Shown here: one piece after another, positions 9,601 to 15,794 of the stretch
How the letters are laid out: each line of letters begins with the position of its first letter
Position numbering within the stretch: the stretch's first letter is position 1
DNA from: an uncultured Methanosarcinales archaeon
Lineage (GTDB): Archaea > Nanobdellota > Nanobdellia > Woesearchaeales > GW2011-AR4
Length of the DNA stretch: 64,000 nt
Assembly: GCA_964564925.1 (NCBI GenBank)
Contig: CAZMBY010000001.1
Location: 37,929 to 101,928, forward strand
Reading direction: 5' to 3'
Program-made: the position numbers and the translations under genes
Notes under the pieces: model-generated
The model's database searches: none
Seen by the model: the letters and a program-made list of their open reading frames with translations, nothing else
Told to the model about the DNA's origin: nothing

Positions 9601-12230
9601 CTGCTTATGGTAATAATGTATATGATAATAACATAACAACTAGCGGGAGTACTGGGTATGGGGTGTGTTTAGATACAACTGCTTATGGTAATAATATTTA
9701 TAGCAATAACATAACAACTAGCGGGAGTAACGGTTTTGGGGTGTATTTACTATCAACTGCTTATAATAATTCTGTTTATGGCAATACGATTGCAACTAGC
9801 GGGAGTACTGGGTATGGGGTGCGTTTAGCATCGACTACTTATGGTAATAATGTATATGATAATAACATAACAACTAGCGGGGGTAACGGTTTTGGGGTGT
9901 ATTTACAATCAACTGCTTATAATAATTCTGTTTATGGCAATACGATTGCAACTAGCGGGAGTACTGGGTATGGAGTGTATTTACTATCAACTGCTTATAA
10001 TAATTCTGTTTATAGCAATACTATCACAACATCCAATTTGTCCAGTCACGGTATTTATCTAAATAACAATGTTTTCAACAACACAATTTATGGCAACAAC
10101 ATTACAACAAAAAATACAAGCAGTTCTTATAGTATTTACTTGGAAAGGGGCGTAAACAACAATTCATTCTACAGGAATAGGATATCATCATTGGCAGCAG
10201 GAATTGTGATTAACGGAAGCACTCCGACAGATACTGAAGTGACAACATTCAATTCGTTCACAAACGATACAATAGTTCCATGCACAACAGGATGCGCTTC
10301 TAACTACCAAGATATTGTTCTGACAGCAAATGCAACCGATATAACATTCATTAATGCCAGCTTCAACAAGTCAAGAGTTGCATTTAGTCCTTTGGGATTA
10401 GCTGCGCCAAGAGAAAAAAACAACATGACGGTCCAATGGTTCCTTGATGTCAACGTAACAAATTCCTCAAACAATAATCCCATAGCAAATGCACAGGTTG
10501 TTATCAATGACACAAATGGCTTAAATATATTTAATGGCACGACAGATGCAACTGGAGGCATTCCCACACAGCTTGTCACAGAATTTACAATGAACGGCTC
10601 TGTCCCTTGGGGCAATAATGACAGCTGCAGGCAGGTATTAAACACTCTTATAACTGAAAACTTGACTTGCTTCACAACCTACAACATAAGCGTTAATTAT
10701 ACAGGTTATAATAATAACAACACAAAGGCTGATGTTAACAGCAGCAAGTTCTTGAATTTGAGCATGGCGATTATCGCAGACACAACATTCCCAATAGTCA
10801 ACACAACATTAAACGCGACAATTGCATCAGAAGGAACATCTCAGTTCACAGCAAGGAATATAGATGTGATTAATTTCACAGGCAACATCACAGATGAAAC
10901 TGGATTGTTGTCAGCAAACTGGACTGTAAATTTCTCAAACAATAAGCAGTTCATGAACTACACATTATCAGGCACTACAGCGCAAGTGAGCAACACAACT
11001 GATTTAAGGGGATTGGTAAATGGAAGCGTATTGAATTTCACTTTGTATGCAACTGACACTTCAAATAACGTAAAACAAAATTCAACTTTGCTTATCGTGA
11101 CAGACGCTTTAGTGCCTGTTGTTAACACAACTTTCAATATTTCATCTCCATTCATTAACAACGTGATTAACTTTACTGGAAACATAACTGATGAAAGTGG
11201 ATTGAAGTTTGTTAATGTGACTTACAATTTAAGTGGAGTAATAACATACGCAAACTACACTATTTCAGGAACAAGCATACAGATAAGCAATGTCACAACA
11301 TTGTGCAGCTCTGCTTGTGTATTAAACTTCACTATGTTTGCAACTGACACTTCGAGTAATGTCAAGCAGAACAGCACTTTGATCACAGTTACAAACAGAG
11401 CGCCAATAATCAAGCTCAACAACGTGACTGGTTTTGCTGTTGATCCTGTTGAAGCGGGAAATTCAATAATCTTGCTCTCATTCAATGTCACAGATTCTGA
11501 TGGAGCAGCAACAATCAATGCAAGCAAAGCGATTGTCAACCTGACTCTGGGAACAAATGATGGGCAGTTCAGGTTTAACATATCAAGGCCTGATAGCGAC
11601 TCAGAATTTGGCACATGCATCAATCACACAGAACCAGGTCCCGGCTCTGAAACTGCAAGAGTGGTAATAAACTGCACTGTTTTGTTAAGATACTATGAAA
11701 ATTCAAGCTCCAACTGGGTGATTAATATCAGTGTAAAGGATATATCAGGCTCGGCTGCAATAAATGACACTTTGAGATTTACTTATAATGTCTTGTCTGC
11801 GATTTCGTTGCCATACCAATCCATAAACTTCAGCACTGTAAACCTTGGGCAGCAGAATGTGAAGGCGTATCCGCATATCCTGATGAACAACACAGGCAAT
11901 GATGACTTCAACAGGATAAACATGAGCGCAGCTGCACTTGTCGGCACGACAACAGCATCTGAGAGTATTGGAGTCACTAACTTTGGCGTCAACTTGACAA
12001 ACAGCTCAACATCTGAAAACAAATACCTGGCATTCTCTGCTGATGGCACAGTTAATTTGAGAAATCCTCTTAATGGGAGCAACGCCTCTTTATATCACGG
12101 GCATACAAGCGCCTTCGCTCCAAACAATGACAAAGGGAACATAAGCGCTTTCATTTGGGTCAATGTGCCAAGCTCTGGATTGAGCGCGCAATTATACAAC
12201 GCGACCTGGAATATAACTGCTGTTTCTTGA
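615..12230 (+). CDS. Giant (3871 aa) secreted/cell-surface glycoprotein with N-terminal signal anchor, many Ig-like ~86-aa modules, lectin-like domains and an embedded right-handed beta-helix repeat domain
   Basis: Uninterrupted 11.6-kb ORF with an N-terminal hydrophobic segment (YVYAAVLAVILLSAIILI). Roughly 9 N-x-S/T sequons per 86-aa module, e.g. 'TTFNISSPLINNVINFTGNITDESGLLMANITWNISGIITYSNYTISGTSAQVSNATQL...FNFTMFATDTSNNVKQNSTLIIV' repeated more than 10 times. No C-terminal TM. Confidence 0.85.
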   Translation: MNRIQNFEKYGYVYAAVLAVILLSAIILINKPATTGFAVANESSDDKAKSKDINESVEPASKKTIEIPAINVSAVETGNNVTTNETKDKSKEEKQSEKKPEDKTIEIKLDYKSGTLYDSDDDGVETTTGIVDLSVENTKFGWDAKDENLCTRWEVYSIEDAASTILCYGGEKCCEFVNLLSSRPTWNEPFYASYGSYGATLLNIVSAQVLYVDYSLDPNEPFAEVYNSEWENSSVQFFSEYIDFKDTCIDTCLLSGFNESSYKLIFEINNSVLVLDTLTYTTVETIDKVRVDVDVKDSEGIASGSYSLYKNNDLVTGEYVEPDYYNIEIIPNEKIIDRLVVRLNISKPLTAKIGLDDVTRDISIDYVDIKKTFAASLEDLQFDEAELEATASANSLYRCKQWDFERELCFGSWEKVMDLAAGQQYKLSLAKEAAGFVEGNANITISNATDLIFVANIPNISIVKNGNATINLSQYFSNIGDKTTFTYYLQDNMSILFENDIATIIPGKDFVGRRITFIIGNQSDTVAVSNVFSINLTEENPALKRGKRGPNIFEDEDVQFSRDGIIFETPQGDYLETKIIPDLPTPHSHGYEISRRKLAQKFAFNATNNGIANQLKNKAVNVAYQLNFLHDISGEYLFDKINLKGNRFFFKKDFYCNVQTGSNQYNVKGNILNQNLLEGGESLVINISYSLPADIQKDSVITCYDPVQPNTDYVDGSATLIGTGSPETTLASLGTDIPAGTNAVLVFAYMNTSSASDSDTTFTLRRNGNLILTSAGASQIETTAVAETELWAGVYLDENAPASPLYELNATSTLSNAIIGEAKIAVLNGVTGYYNRSSRTPITVSTTVPTSLAMAKTNLPAGNHTIIAIVEYNMTGAAGRNIAAKGLQLRNVSGNTFSVLAQNEYIIELSSSGAADNSRVAVLTAYDTNAPANAQYNLTSVISGSLVVGTGTILVLDSNNMSIAYSNISNNLGITATNITSYTTDFPADGDSIVIATAQATSTTSNKFIPAGGLQIRQNNESSVNGTSSEFTLMVDVGVAGNFFGLVRKYGNISANPDYSLLSNISSTAHVTTMTGRLLAIRVKSPTADVTFPMVNTSFNISSPTAGQVINFTGNATDDIGLVAMNITYNLSGIITYLNFSLSGLPKFQQVSNVTTLPATAAVLNFTLYATDIGNNVKQNSTLISVTTVDQFPSLKISFNLSSIQQGNVINFSANATDDAGLLFINLTNNQSGSGQFMNYSVSGISYNVSNTTSITAAAGNVINFTAYATDSINQVTQLSQLFTVIESAAPVVNTTFNISSPLINNVINFTGNITDESGLLMANITWNISGIITYSNYTISGTSAQVSNATQLTSSGVFNFTMFATDTSNNVKQNSTLIIVPFGTFYVNISLPLNNSQVTVNTTFSLIANVTCKNADCGVVQGLARYNDSGSNISNKSISTVKFATPLFINGSGSGIKQYNFGGVTYPAAITSSNATYGYHTSTKPQFVNLTSETEFGGGGNTANNYTNISSLDEVYALSTGGSSRFVAHKFIFKINESESAVSKLTIFWNGTGGRSGGDLGGPDVNINLSIWDSNAWEVLGNCTKPNVNPITDSGCVINSTIITNIGNYINETDNNAVYILAISSFSGQGGPGGYTSAVKTNYIELNVTSTAQNPLSCGNMLQNDQCQLNWTINASGDVGSQLVVDVNFSSDNANVAANDTEDHLIIIVGAADTTFPIVNTSFNISSPLINNVINFTGNITDETGLLMANITWNISGIITYSNYTISGTSAQVSNATQLTSSGVFNFTMYATDTNNNVKQNSTLIIVPFGGLLINISLPLNNSQVVANTTFSLIANVTCKNADCGVVQGIARYNDSASNVSNKSISITFGATPLFVNGTGEVIKHYDFGGITYPSPVALSNATYGNHTSTKPDSINLSGESEFGSGGSLNINYSNISSLDDVFAKTRDNTAKFAAQKFTFKINESEDAISSLKILWNGTGGRGAEGDSQGVNVNVSIWNSNAWEAIGNCTKPSVDASSDTGCVINISITSNIANYINETDNNAVYILALSMFPGSFGRVSVVRTNYIELNATTTAANPLSCGNMLQNDQCQLNWTINASGDVGSQLVVDVNFSSDNANVVANDTEDHLITIVGAADTTPPIVNTTLNATTGADGYQFTSRNIDVLNFTGNVTDETALLSANWTVNFSSNKQFMNYTLSGTSAQASNTTDLRGLVNGSVLNFTLFATDTSNNVKQNSTLLIVTDALVPVVNTTLNATPRIKDVINITANITDETRIMTANITINFTTGTVYVNFTSTSASSQFSNSSQIPDNCVGGCVINYTVYATDTSNNVKQNSTVVTVIDNVFPIVNTTFNKTNPAVNDIINISGNITDETGLLSANITWNISGIITYSNYTLSGTSAQLSNSTALACTESCVINFTMYATDASANVKQNSTLLIINDLTAPVANTTFNSTIPRNIDIINFSGNITDGIGLLSANWTINYSNNKIYMNYTLSGTTAQVSNTTDLRGLVNGSVLNFTLYATDTSNNVKQNSTLLIVIDSLAPVVNTTFNISSPFINNVINFTGNITDESGLLMANITWNISGMITYSNYTLSGTSAQVSNATTLPSTPAVINFTMFATDTSNNVKQNSTLISVIDLIPRINASLDDALPFQFSRVNMTANVSDETGLAFCQFIDNQSLSNGAKTYFNTSVTGTSDQCSQNYTIRLAAGSVINFTVIVNDTNNNINASVNRSDSGTLHIGQIITVRSNAINNCTTLDAPNSVFNLTQDANSGETCFYIAANNVTLDCKGFEINYSQSAVGYGINISSQNYSTVKSCNIVQADLSSDTANSYGVYVFKNSSNNTFYNNTITTSGSNANGVHLTSTAYNNSVYSNTIATSGAGIGVYLLLTAYGNNVHNNNITITTSDSNGFGVSLNSNAYNNSVYGNTIITSGSTGYGVYLLSTAYNNSVYSNTIATSGGVGIGVYLDTTAYGNNIYSNNITTTGSNGNGVCLDTTAYGNNVYDNNITTSGSTGYGVCLDTTAYGNNIYSNNITTSGSNGFGVYLLSTAYNNSVYGNTIATSGSTGYGVRLASTTYGNNVYDNNITTSGGNGFGVYLQSTAYNNSVYGNTIATSGSTGYGVYLLSTAYNNSVYSNTITTSNLSSHGIYLNNNVFNNTIYGNNITTKNTSSSYSIYLERGVNNNSFYRNRISSLAAGIVINGSTPTDTEVTTFNSFTNDTIVPCTTGCASNYQDIVLTANATDITFINASFNKSRVAFSPLGLAAPREKNNMTVQWFLDVNVTNSSNNNPIANAQVVINDTNGLNIFNGTTDATGGIPTQLVTEFTMNGSVPWGNNDSCRQVLNTLITENLTCFTTYNISVNYTGYNNNNTKADVNSSKFLNLSMAIIADTTFPIVNTTLNATIASEGTSQFTARNIDVINFTGNITDETGLLSANWTVNFSNNKQFMNYTLSGTTAQVSNTTDLRGLVNGSVLNFTLYATDTSNNVKQNSTLLIVTDALVPVVNTTFNISSPFINNVINFTGNITDESGLKFVNVTYNLSGVITYANYTISGTSIQISNVTTLCSSACVLNFTMFATDTSSNVKQNSTLITVTNRAPIIKLNNVTGFAVDPVEAGNSIILLSFNVTDSDGAATINASKAIVNLTLGTNDGQFRFNISRPDSDSEFGTCINHTEPGPGSETARVVINCTVLLRYYENSSSNWVINISVKDISGSAAINDTLRFTYNVLSAISLPYQSINFSTVNLGQQNVKAYPHILMNNTGNDDFNRINMSAAALVGTTTASESIGVTNFGVNLTNSSTSENKYLAFSADGTVNLRNPLNGSNASLYHGHTSAFAPNNDKGNISAFIWVNVPSSGLSAQLYNATWNITAVS
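4480..7030 (+). repeat. Tandem intragenic duplication of a ~1.28-kb (~425-aa) segment within the giant gene (copy 1 ~4480-5756, copy 2 ~5757-7030)
   Basis: The protein segments 'FNISSPLINNVINFTGNITDE...CGNMLQNDQCQLNWTINASGDVGSQLVVDVNFSSDNANV..NDTEDHLI.IVGAADTT' occur twice back to back. They are ~80-85% identical at protein level and carry identical DNA stretches (e.g. 5571-5700 vs 6851-6980). Confidence 0.8.
9105..10200 (+). repeat. Array of ~15 near-identical 66-69-nt (22-23 aa) tandem repeats encoding parallel beta-helix (PbH1/pectate-lyase-like) rungs
   Basis: The protein repeats 'NNSVYGNTIATSGSTGYGVYLLSTAY' / 'GNNVYDNNITTSGSNGFGVYLxSTAY'. The DNA units at 9760-9830 and 9910-9980 are nearly identical. 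Confidence 0.8.
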
Positions 12231-12300
12231 ATCTATTGCAACTGCCCATGAACTACGAGGGAGAATAAATGCCTGAAAAACAAAAAGTTTAGGGGGTTTT

Positions 12301-12840
12301 TTACTCATATAATTCTTTGGGTATACTAAACTCTTTATTGGAAAACACTGTTTCTTCGCATTGGGATATAGCTTTCTTGCAAATATCCGTCATATACTTA
12401 TATTTGCCCATAATTTCCTGGCTCTTGATTGAAGAACCGTATCTGGCTTGTTCCCTTTCATCCACATCTGATTTTTCTGCTTTCTCCCTGTAAACCGTTA
12501 TTCTGTCAATAAAATCATCATCGTATTCTATGAGATTGCTGTCTTTGACATATCTCAGAAAAGCAGCGGTGCATTTTTGGCTTCTGCTTTCTATCCCAAA
12601 TTTTGACAAAATAGCAAGAGCACAATAATAAAGAGTGTAAAACCATTCTTCCGGAATCTTATAGTCAAATCCCTTCTCCTTGTAAAAGTCGCAAAGTTCC
12701 AAGTTCTTCTTTGCCTTGGCAATATACTCTTGTGCTTTTTTATCGTCCTGTGTAATGATAAGCAACCCTTTGTGCTTTTTTCCTTTTTTCTCGTCCTTTA
12801 TTGCTGTTATAAAACAATCTCTGACACTTTCTGGTTTCAT
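12301..12840 (-). CDS. HEPN-domain-like protein, putative toxin partner of the adjacent nucleotidyltransferase
   Basis: 179-aa ORF overlapping the upstream MNT gene by 4 nt. It is helical with a HEPN-like N-terminal helix, 'KKAQEYIAKAKKNLELCDFYKEKGFD'. The R-x(4-6)-H motif was not clearly located, so the call is architectural. Confidence 0.45.
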   Translation of the reverse strand: MKPESVRDCFITAIKDEKKGKKHKGLLIITQDDKKAQEYIAKAKKNLELCDFYKEKGFDYKIPEEWFYTLYYCALAILSKFGIESRSQKCTAAFLRYVKDSNLIEYDDDFIDRITVYREKAEKSDVDEREQARYGSSIKSQEIMGKYKYMTDICKKAISQCEETVFSNKEFSIPKELYE

Positions 12841-13439
12841 TTTCTGGCTATTCTTTTGAAGAATTCAATAAACCTTTCCTGGCCAAATAATACTATGCCT
12901 TTCTTTATTGCATCAATAAATGCCTTATTTGGCTTTTCAAGCTCCTGCTTGAATTCTAGCGGTGTAAAGTTTATAATATGTATTTTCTTGCTTAGGGTTT
13001 TTTGTATATTTTTTATTGTTTCCTCAATTTCTATAAACTTATTTTTTTTTGAGGTTATTCCCAAGACATCGACATCATCAGCTTCCTGCGGTGAATTGAT
13101 TATGCTGCCGTATAGAATAAAAAAATCTCCTTTGCTTTCAAGTTCCGCAAAATTATTTCGCCATCTTTGGTATTTTAAGGCATCTTCAGTCAAATGCAGT
13201 GCCAAATTTTTCTCCACAAGCGGGTTATCCCAATTCAAGCTTATATTGTAAGTGCTTGTTTTTCCGGAGCCGATTTTGGAAAGGATAATAAGCTTTTCAG
13301 ACTTCATTTTCTTAAGGATCTTCCATGTTCCTGGCCTGCTTAATCCAGCCTCATCTGCTAAATAGGTTATAGTTGGCTTTATTGCAGAATCTTTCAATAA
13401 TATTTTCAAAATTTTTGAGTTTGATTTTTTATGCTCCAT
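12837..13439 (-). CDS. Minimal nucleotidyltransferase (MNT/Pol-beta superfamily) with N-terminal winged HTH; putative antitoxin of a HEPN/MNT pair
   Basis: It carries a 'GS-x9-DxD' nucleotidyltransferase motif, 'ILYGSIINSPQEADDVDVLGI'. N-terminal 'ITYLADEAGLSRPGTWKILKKMKSEKLI' is HTH-like. Confidence 0.6.
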   Translation of the reverse strand: MEHKKSNSKILKILLKDSAIKPTITYLADEAGLSRPGTWKILKKMKSEKLIILSKIGSGKTSTYNISLNWDNPLVEKNLALHLTEDALKYQRWRNNFAELESKGDFFILYGSIINSPQEADDVDVLGITSKKNKFIEIEETIKNIQKTLSKKIHIINFTPLEFKQELEKPNKAFIDAIKKGIVLFGQERFIEFFKRIARK

Positions 13440-13527
13440 CGGCTATTTCCTTTTAGTTAATAGTTATTAACTTATCGTTAATAGTATATAAAAATGTTTC
13501 GGTTTTTTCTTTCATATACCGAGCTCT

Positions 13528-13590
13528 GGATTAAGCGCGCAATTATACAACGCAACTTGGAATATAACTGCTGTTTCTTGGATACTACTG
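13528..13590 (+). pseudogene. Orphan remnant of the 3' end of the surface-protein C-terminal cassette
   Basis: 'gagctctggattaagcgcgcaattatacaacgcaacttggaatataactgctgtttcttgg' is ~90% identical to the last ~60 nt of both 615..12230 and 14236..15180 (…SGLSAQLYNATWNITAVS*). It has no upstream ORF. Confidence 0.7.
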
Positions 13591-14235
13591 TATTGCTATT
13601 GAGTTGCGAAGAAGAAAAATAAACCATAACTCATTCATTTTGCTCTTGCTCAAGGCTTGACAATAATTTTTTCAGCTTCAATTTTGGCGTCTAAGTTTTT
13701 ATTGCAGCCCAGACAAGATTGCAGTCAATTCCAAAAATTGCATGATTGCTAAGCACTTTTAGCTTGTCTGCCTTCTTTACCTTAATAATGGTCAAAGCTA
13801 ATGGGTTATACTCAATCACCTTTTCACTTGTGGGATATTGAATTTCAAGTGCCACTTCCAATCATAAACTAGGATTATTTAAATATTTTTCTTGAAGTTT
13901 ACCTCTTTCTTGAAAAATACTCCAGGAAAGGCTCATCCACTTTTGGATGCCGTTTTACCTTTCTTTTCTTTTGCCTCAACATTATAATTATTTTATGAAA
14001 TTCGAATAAACCTTTGCGGATTTCGTTAACAATATTGGCAGTTTAACTTCAAAAAGCAAAACTTTTATATACAACTTATTGAATAAATCATTTATATAAT
14101 ATCTTAAAAGGTATACTTGATCCATATTATAAATAAGTTTCAATAGTTATAGGCCAAAATTGGTTTGTAGCCCATTAGCTTTTTCTTGGCTGTGAATCGC
14201 GGGGGAGTTTTGGGTTTATAACGAAAACCCCGAAA

Positions 14236-15180
14236 ATGATTGTAAGGATAAAAAAGAGGAGCCTGGCATTATTAGTTATACTTGCTATTGTCAGTGTATC
14301 TATAGTGTATGCAGCTTCCACTTCTGTTGTAAAAAAATTTAAGGTTGATCTTGTCATTACAAACAGAAATCCGCAGATTAATGTTTCTAATGTGAGCGGT
14401 TTTTCTGTTGATCCTTCAGAGGGAGGAAATTCAATTGTTTTGATTTCATTCAATGTCACAGACGCAGATGGAGCAGGCAATATAAACGCAAGCACAGCCA
14501 TAGTCAATTTCACGCTTGGCTCTCCGAATGGGCAGCATTACGCCAATGTATCTGCTGTAGCAAGCTCTGAATTCGGAACGTGCATAAACCATAGCGAATC
14601 GAGCACAGTAGTTGTGGTAAATTGCACTGTTGTAGTCCCATATTTCGCTAATTCCAGCTCTATTTGGGTTGTGAATATAAGCATTAGAGATATATTTGGC
14701 GGCTCAGCCACAAATGACACACTAAGGTTTACATATAACATCCTCTCAGCGTTGTCATTGCCCTATTCATTCACCAACTTCAGCACTGTAAACCTTGGGC
14801 AGCAGAATGTGAGGGCGTATCCGCATATCCTGATGAACAACACAGGCAATGATGACTTCAACAGGATAAACATGAGCGCAGCTGCACTTGTCGGCACGAC
14901 AACAGCATCTGAGAGTATTGGAGTCACTAACTTTGGCGTCAACTTGACAAACAGCTCAACATCTGAAAACAAATACCTGGCATTCTCTGCTGATGGCACA
15001 GTTAATTTGAGAAATCCTCTTAATGGGAGCAACGCCTCTTTATATCACGGGCATACAAGCGCCTTCGCTCCAAACAATGACAAAGGGAACATAAGCGCTT
15101 TCATTTGGGTCAATGTGCCAAGCTCTGGATTGAGCGCGCAATTATACAACGCGACCTGGAATATAACTGCTGTGTCGTAA
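14236..15180 (+). CDS. Secreted 314-aa paralog of the giant protein's C-terminal ~290 aa, with its own signal peptide
   Basis: N-terminal signal 'LALLVILAIVSVSIVYAAS'. Residues 40-175 are ~55% identical to the giant protein region 'NRAPIIKLNNVTGFAVDPVEAGNSIILLSFNVTDSDGAATINAS...'. The last ~135 aa are identical to the giant protein C-terminus. Confidence 0.8.
   Translation: MIVRIKKRSLALLVILAIVSVSIVYAASTSVVKKFKVDLVITNRNPQINVSNVSGFSVDPSEGGNSIVLISFNVTDADGAGNINASTAIVNFTLGSPNGQHYANVSAVASSEFGTCINHSESSTVVVVNCTVVVPYFANSSSIWVVNISIRDIFGGSATNDTLRFTYNILSALSLPYSFTNFSTVNLGQQNVRAYPHILMNNTGNDDFNRINMSAAALVGTTTASESIGVTNFGVNLTNSSTSENKYLAFSADGTVNLRNPLNGSNASLYHGHTSAFAPNNDKGNISAFIWVNVPSSGLSAQLYNATWNITAVS
14777..15175 (+). 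repeat. ~400-bp segment ~99% identical to 11827..12225 (3' end of the giant gene)
   Basis: Direct comparison of the two stretches shows one substitution (gaaggcg vs gagggcg) plus differences in the last two codons. Upstream flanks have diverged. Confidence 0.9.
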
Positions 15181-15220
15181 CTAAAAAAATTTATTAATAG
15201 AGCAAATCCTAACTAGGTGA

Positions 15221-15772
15221 ATGAAGCGTTTAATAGTTCTGGCAGCAGCTTTGATGATTGCGATTCCAATTGTAAATTCTCTTGGTGTAGTGTCTGATTA
15301 TTTGGAAGGAAACACTTTGGAGATAACAGAAGGCCAATCAAAGATTTTCAGCATAAGGCTCCAAAATCCAACTGAAAGCGAAATAGCTATTGTTTTGAAT
15401 TACGACAAGGCTTTTATGAAAGCTGTAGACTATAAAGAAGTTTATGTTTTGCCTGCCAAAACATCAGGATACAGGGTATTATTCAATGTAACAGCGCCAG
15501 GCAAGCCAGGCATGTACGCCATAAGCTATACTGTTGGCGAGGTAGAGCCAAGCGGCGGCGGAGGCTTGCCATTGCGCCTTAAGATAAGCAAAAATCTTAA
15601 TCTGAAGGTTGTTGAAGACCCAAACAAGCCAAAAGTCAGCCGCTCTAAGGATGACTTTATGGCAATATTGCTGATGATGGCAATGATTGCAGGCATTTTG
15701 ATAGTGTTTCTGTACAGAAAAAGCCGCAGAAGACATGCCAAAAGGTATACCAATAGAAAAGTAAATAAATGA
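15221..15772 (+). CDS. Small secreted protein with signal peptide and C-terminal TM anchor plus basic tail
   Basis: N-terminal 'LIVLAAALMIAIPIVNS', C-terminal 'ILLMMAMIAGILIVFLYRKSRRRHAKRY'. The ORF is clean, following a GGTGA-like RBS. Confidence 0.55.
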   Translation: MKRLIVLAAALMIAIPIVNSLGVVSDYLEGNTLEITEGQSKIFSIRLQNPTESEIAIVLNYDKAFMKAVDYKEVYVLPAKTSGYRVLFNVTAPGKPGMYAISYTVGEVEPSGGGGLPLRLKISKNLNLKVVEDPNKPKVSRSKDDFMAILLMMAMIAGILIVFLYRKSRRRHAKRYTNRKVNK

Positions 15773-15794
15773 TTAGTGTAAGGTTCTTGTAAAC

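Noticed and set aside
9105-10200. Regular ~66-nt tandem repeats that might be taken for a CRISPR array
   Set aside because: The units are contiguous with no unique spacers, lie in frame inside a long ORF and encode beta-helix rungs. No cas genes are present in the window.
653-12082. Numerous 60-125-aa antisense ORFs inside the giant gene (e.g. 653..928, 772..1104, 7199..7549, 8087..8359, 8384..8668, 10958..11185, 11255..11623, 11783..12082), several with similar translations
   Set aside because: They lie fully inside a long, coherent sense ORF. Their mutual similarity just mirrors the sense-strand tandem repeats. No independent start signals were seen.
12730-13251. 173-aa plus-strand ORF antisense to the MNT gene
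   Set aside because: It has a Phe/Ile/Leu-rich AT-codon composition typical of antisense reading of AT-rich genes. The MNT motif on the opposite strand is convincing.
13650-13870. Possible 56-aa minus-strand peptide (VALEIQYPTSEKVIEYNPLALTIIKVKKADKLKVLSNHAIFGIDCNLVWAAIKT) in the 800-bp gap before 14236
   Set aside because: It is below the ORF-track threshold, with no clear start or RBS and no recognisable domain. It might be a degraded gene fragment and is left unannotated.
14763-15032. Antisense 89-aa ORF nearly identical to 11783..12082
   Set aside because: It is a shadow of the duplicated C-terminal cassette. The identity reflects the DNA duplication, not a gene.
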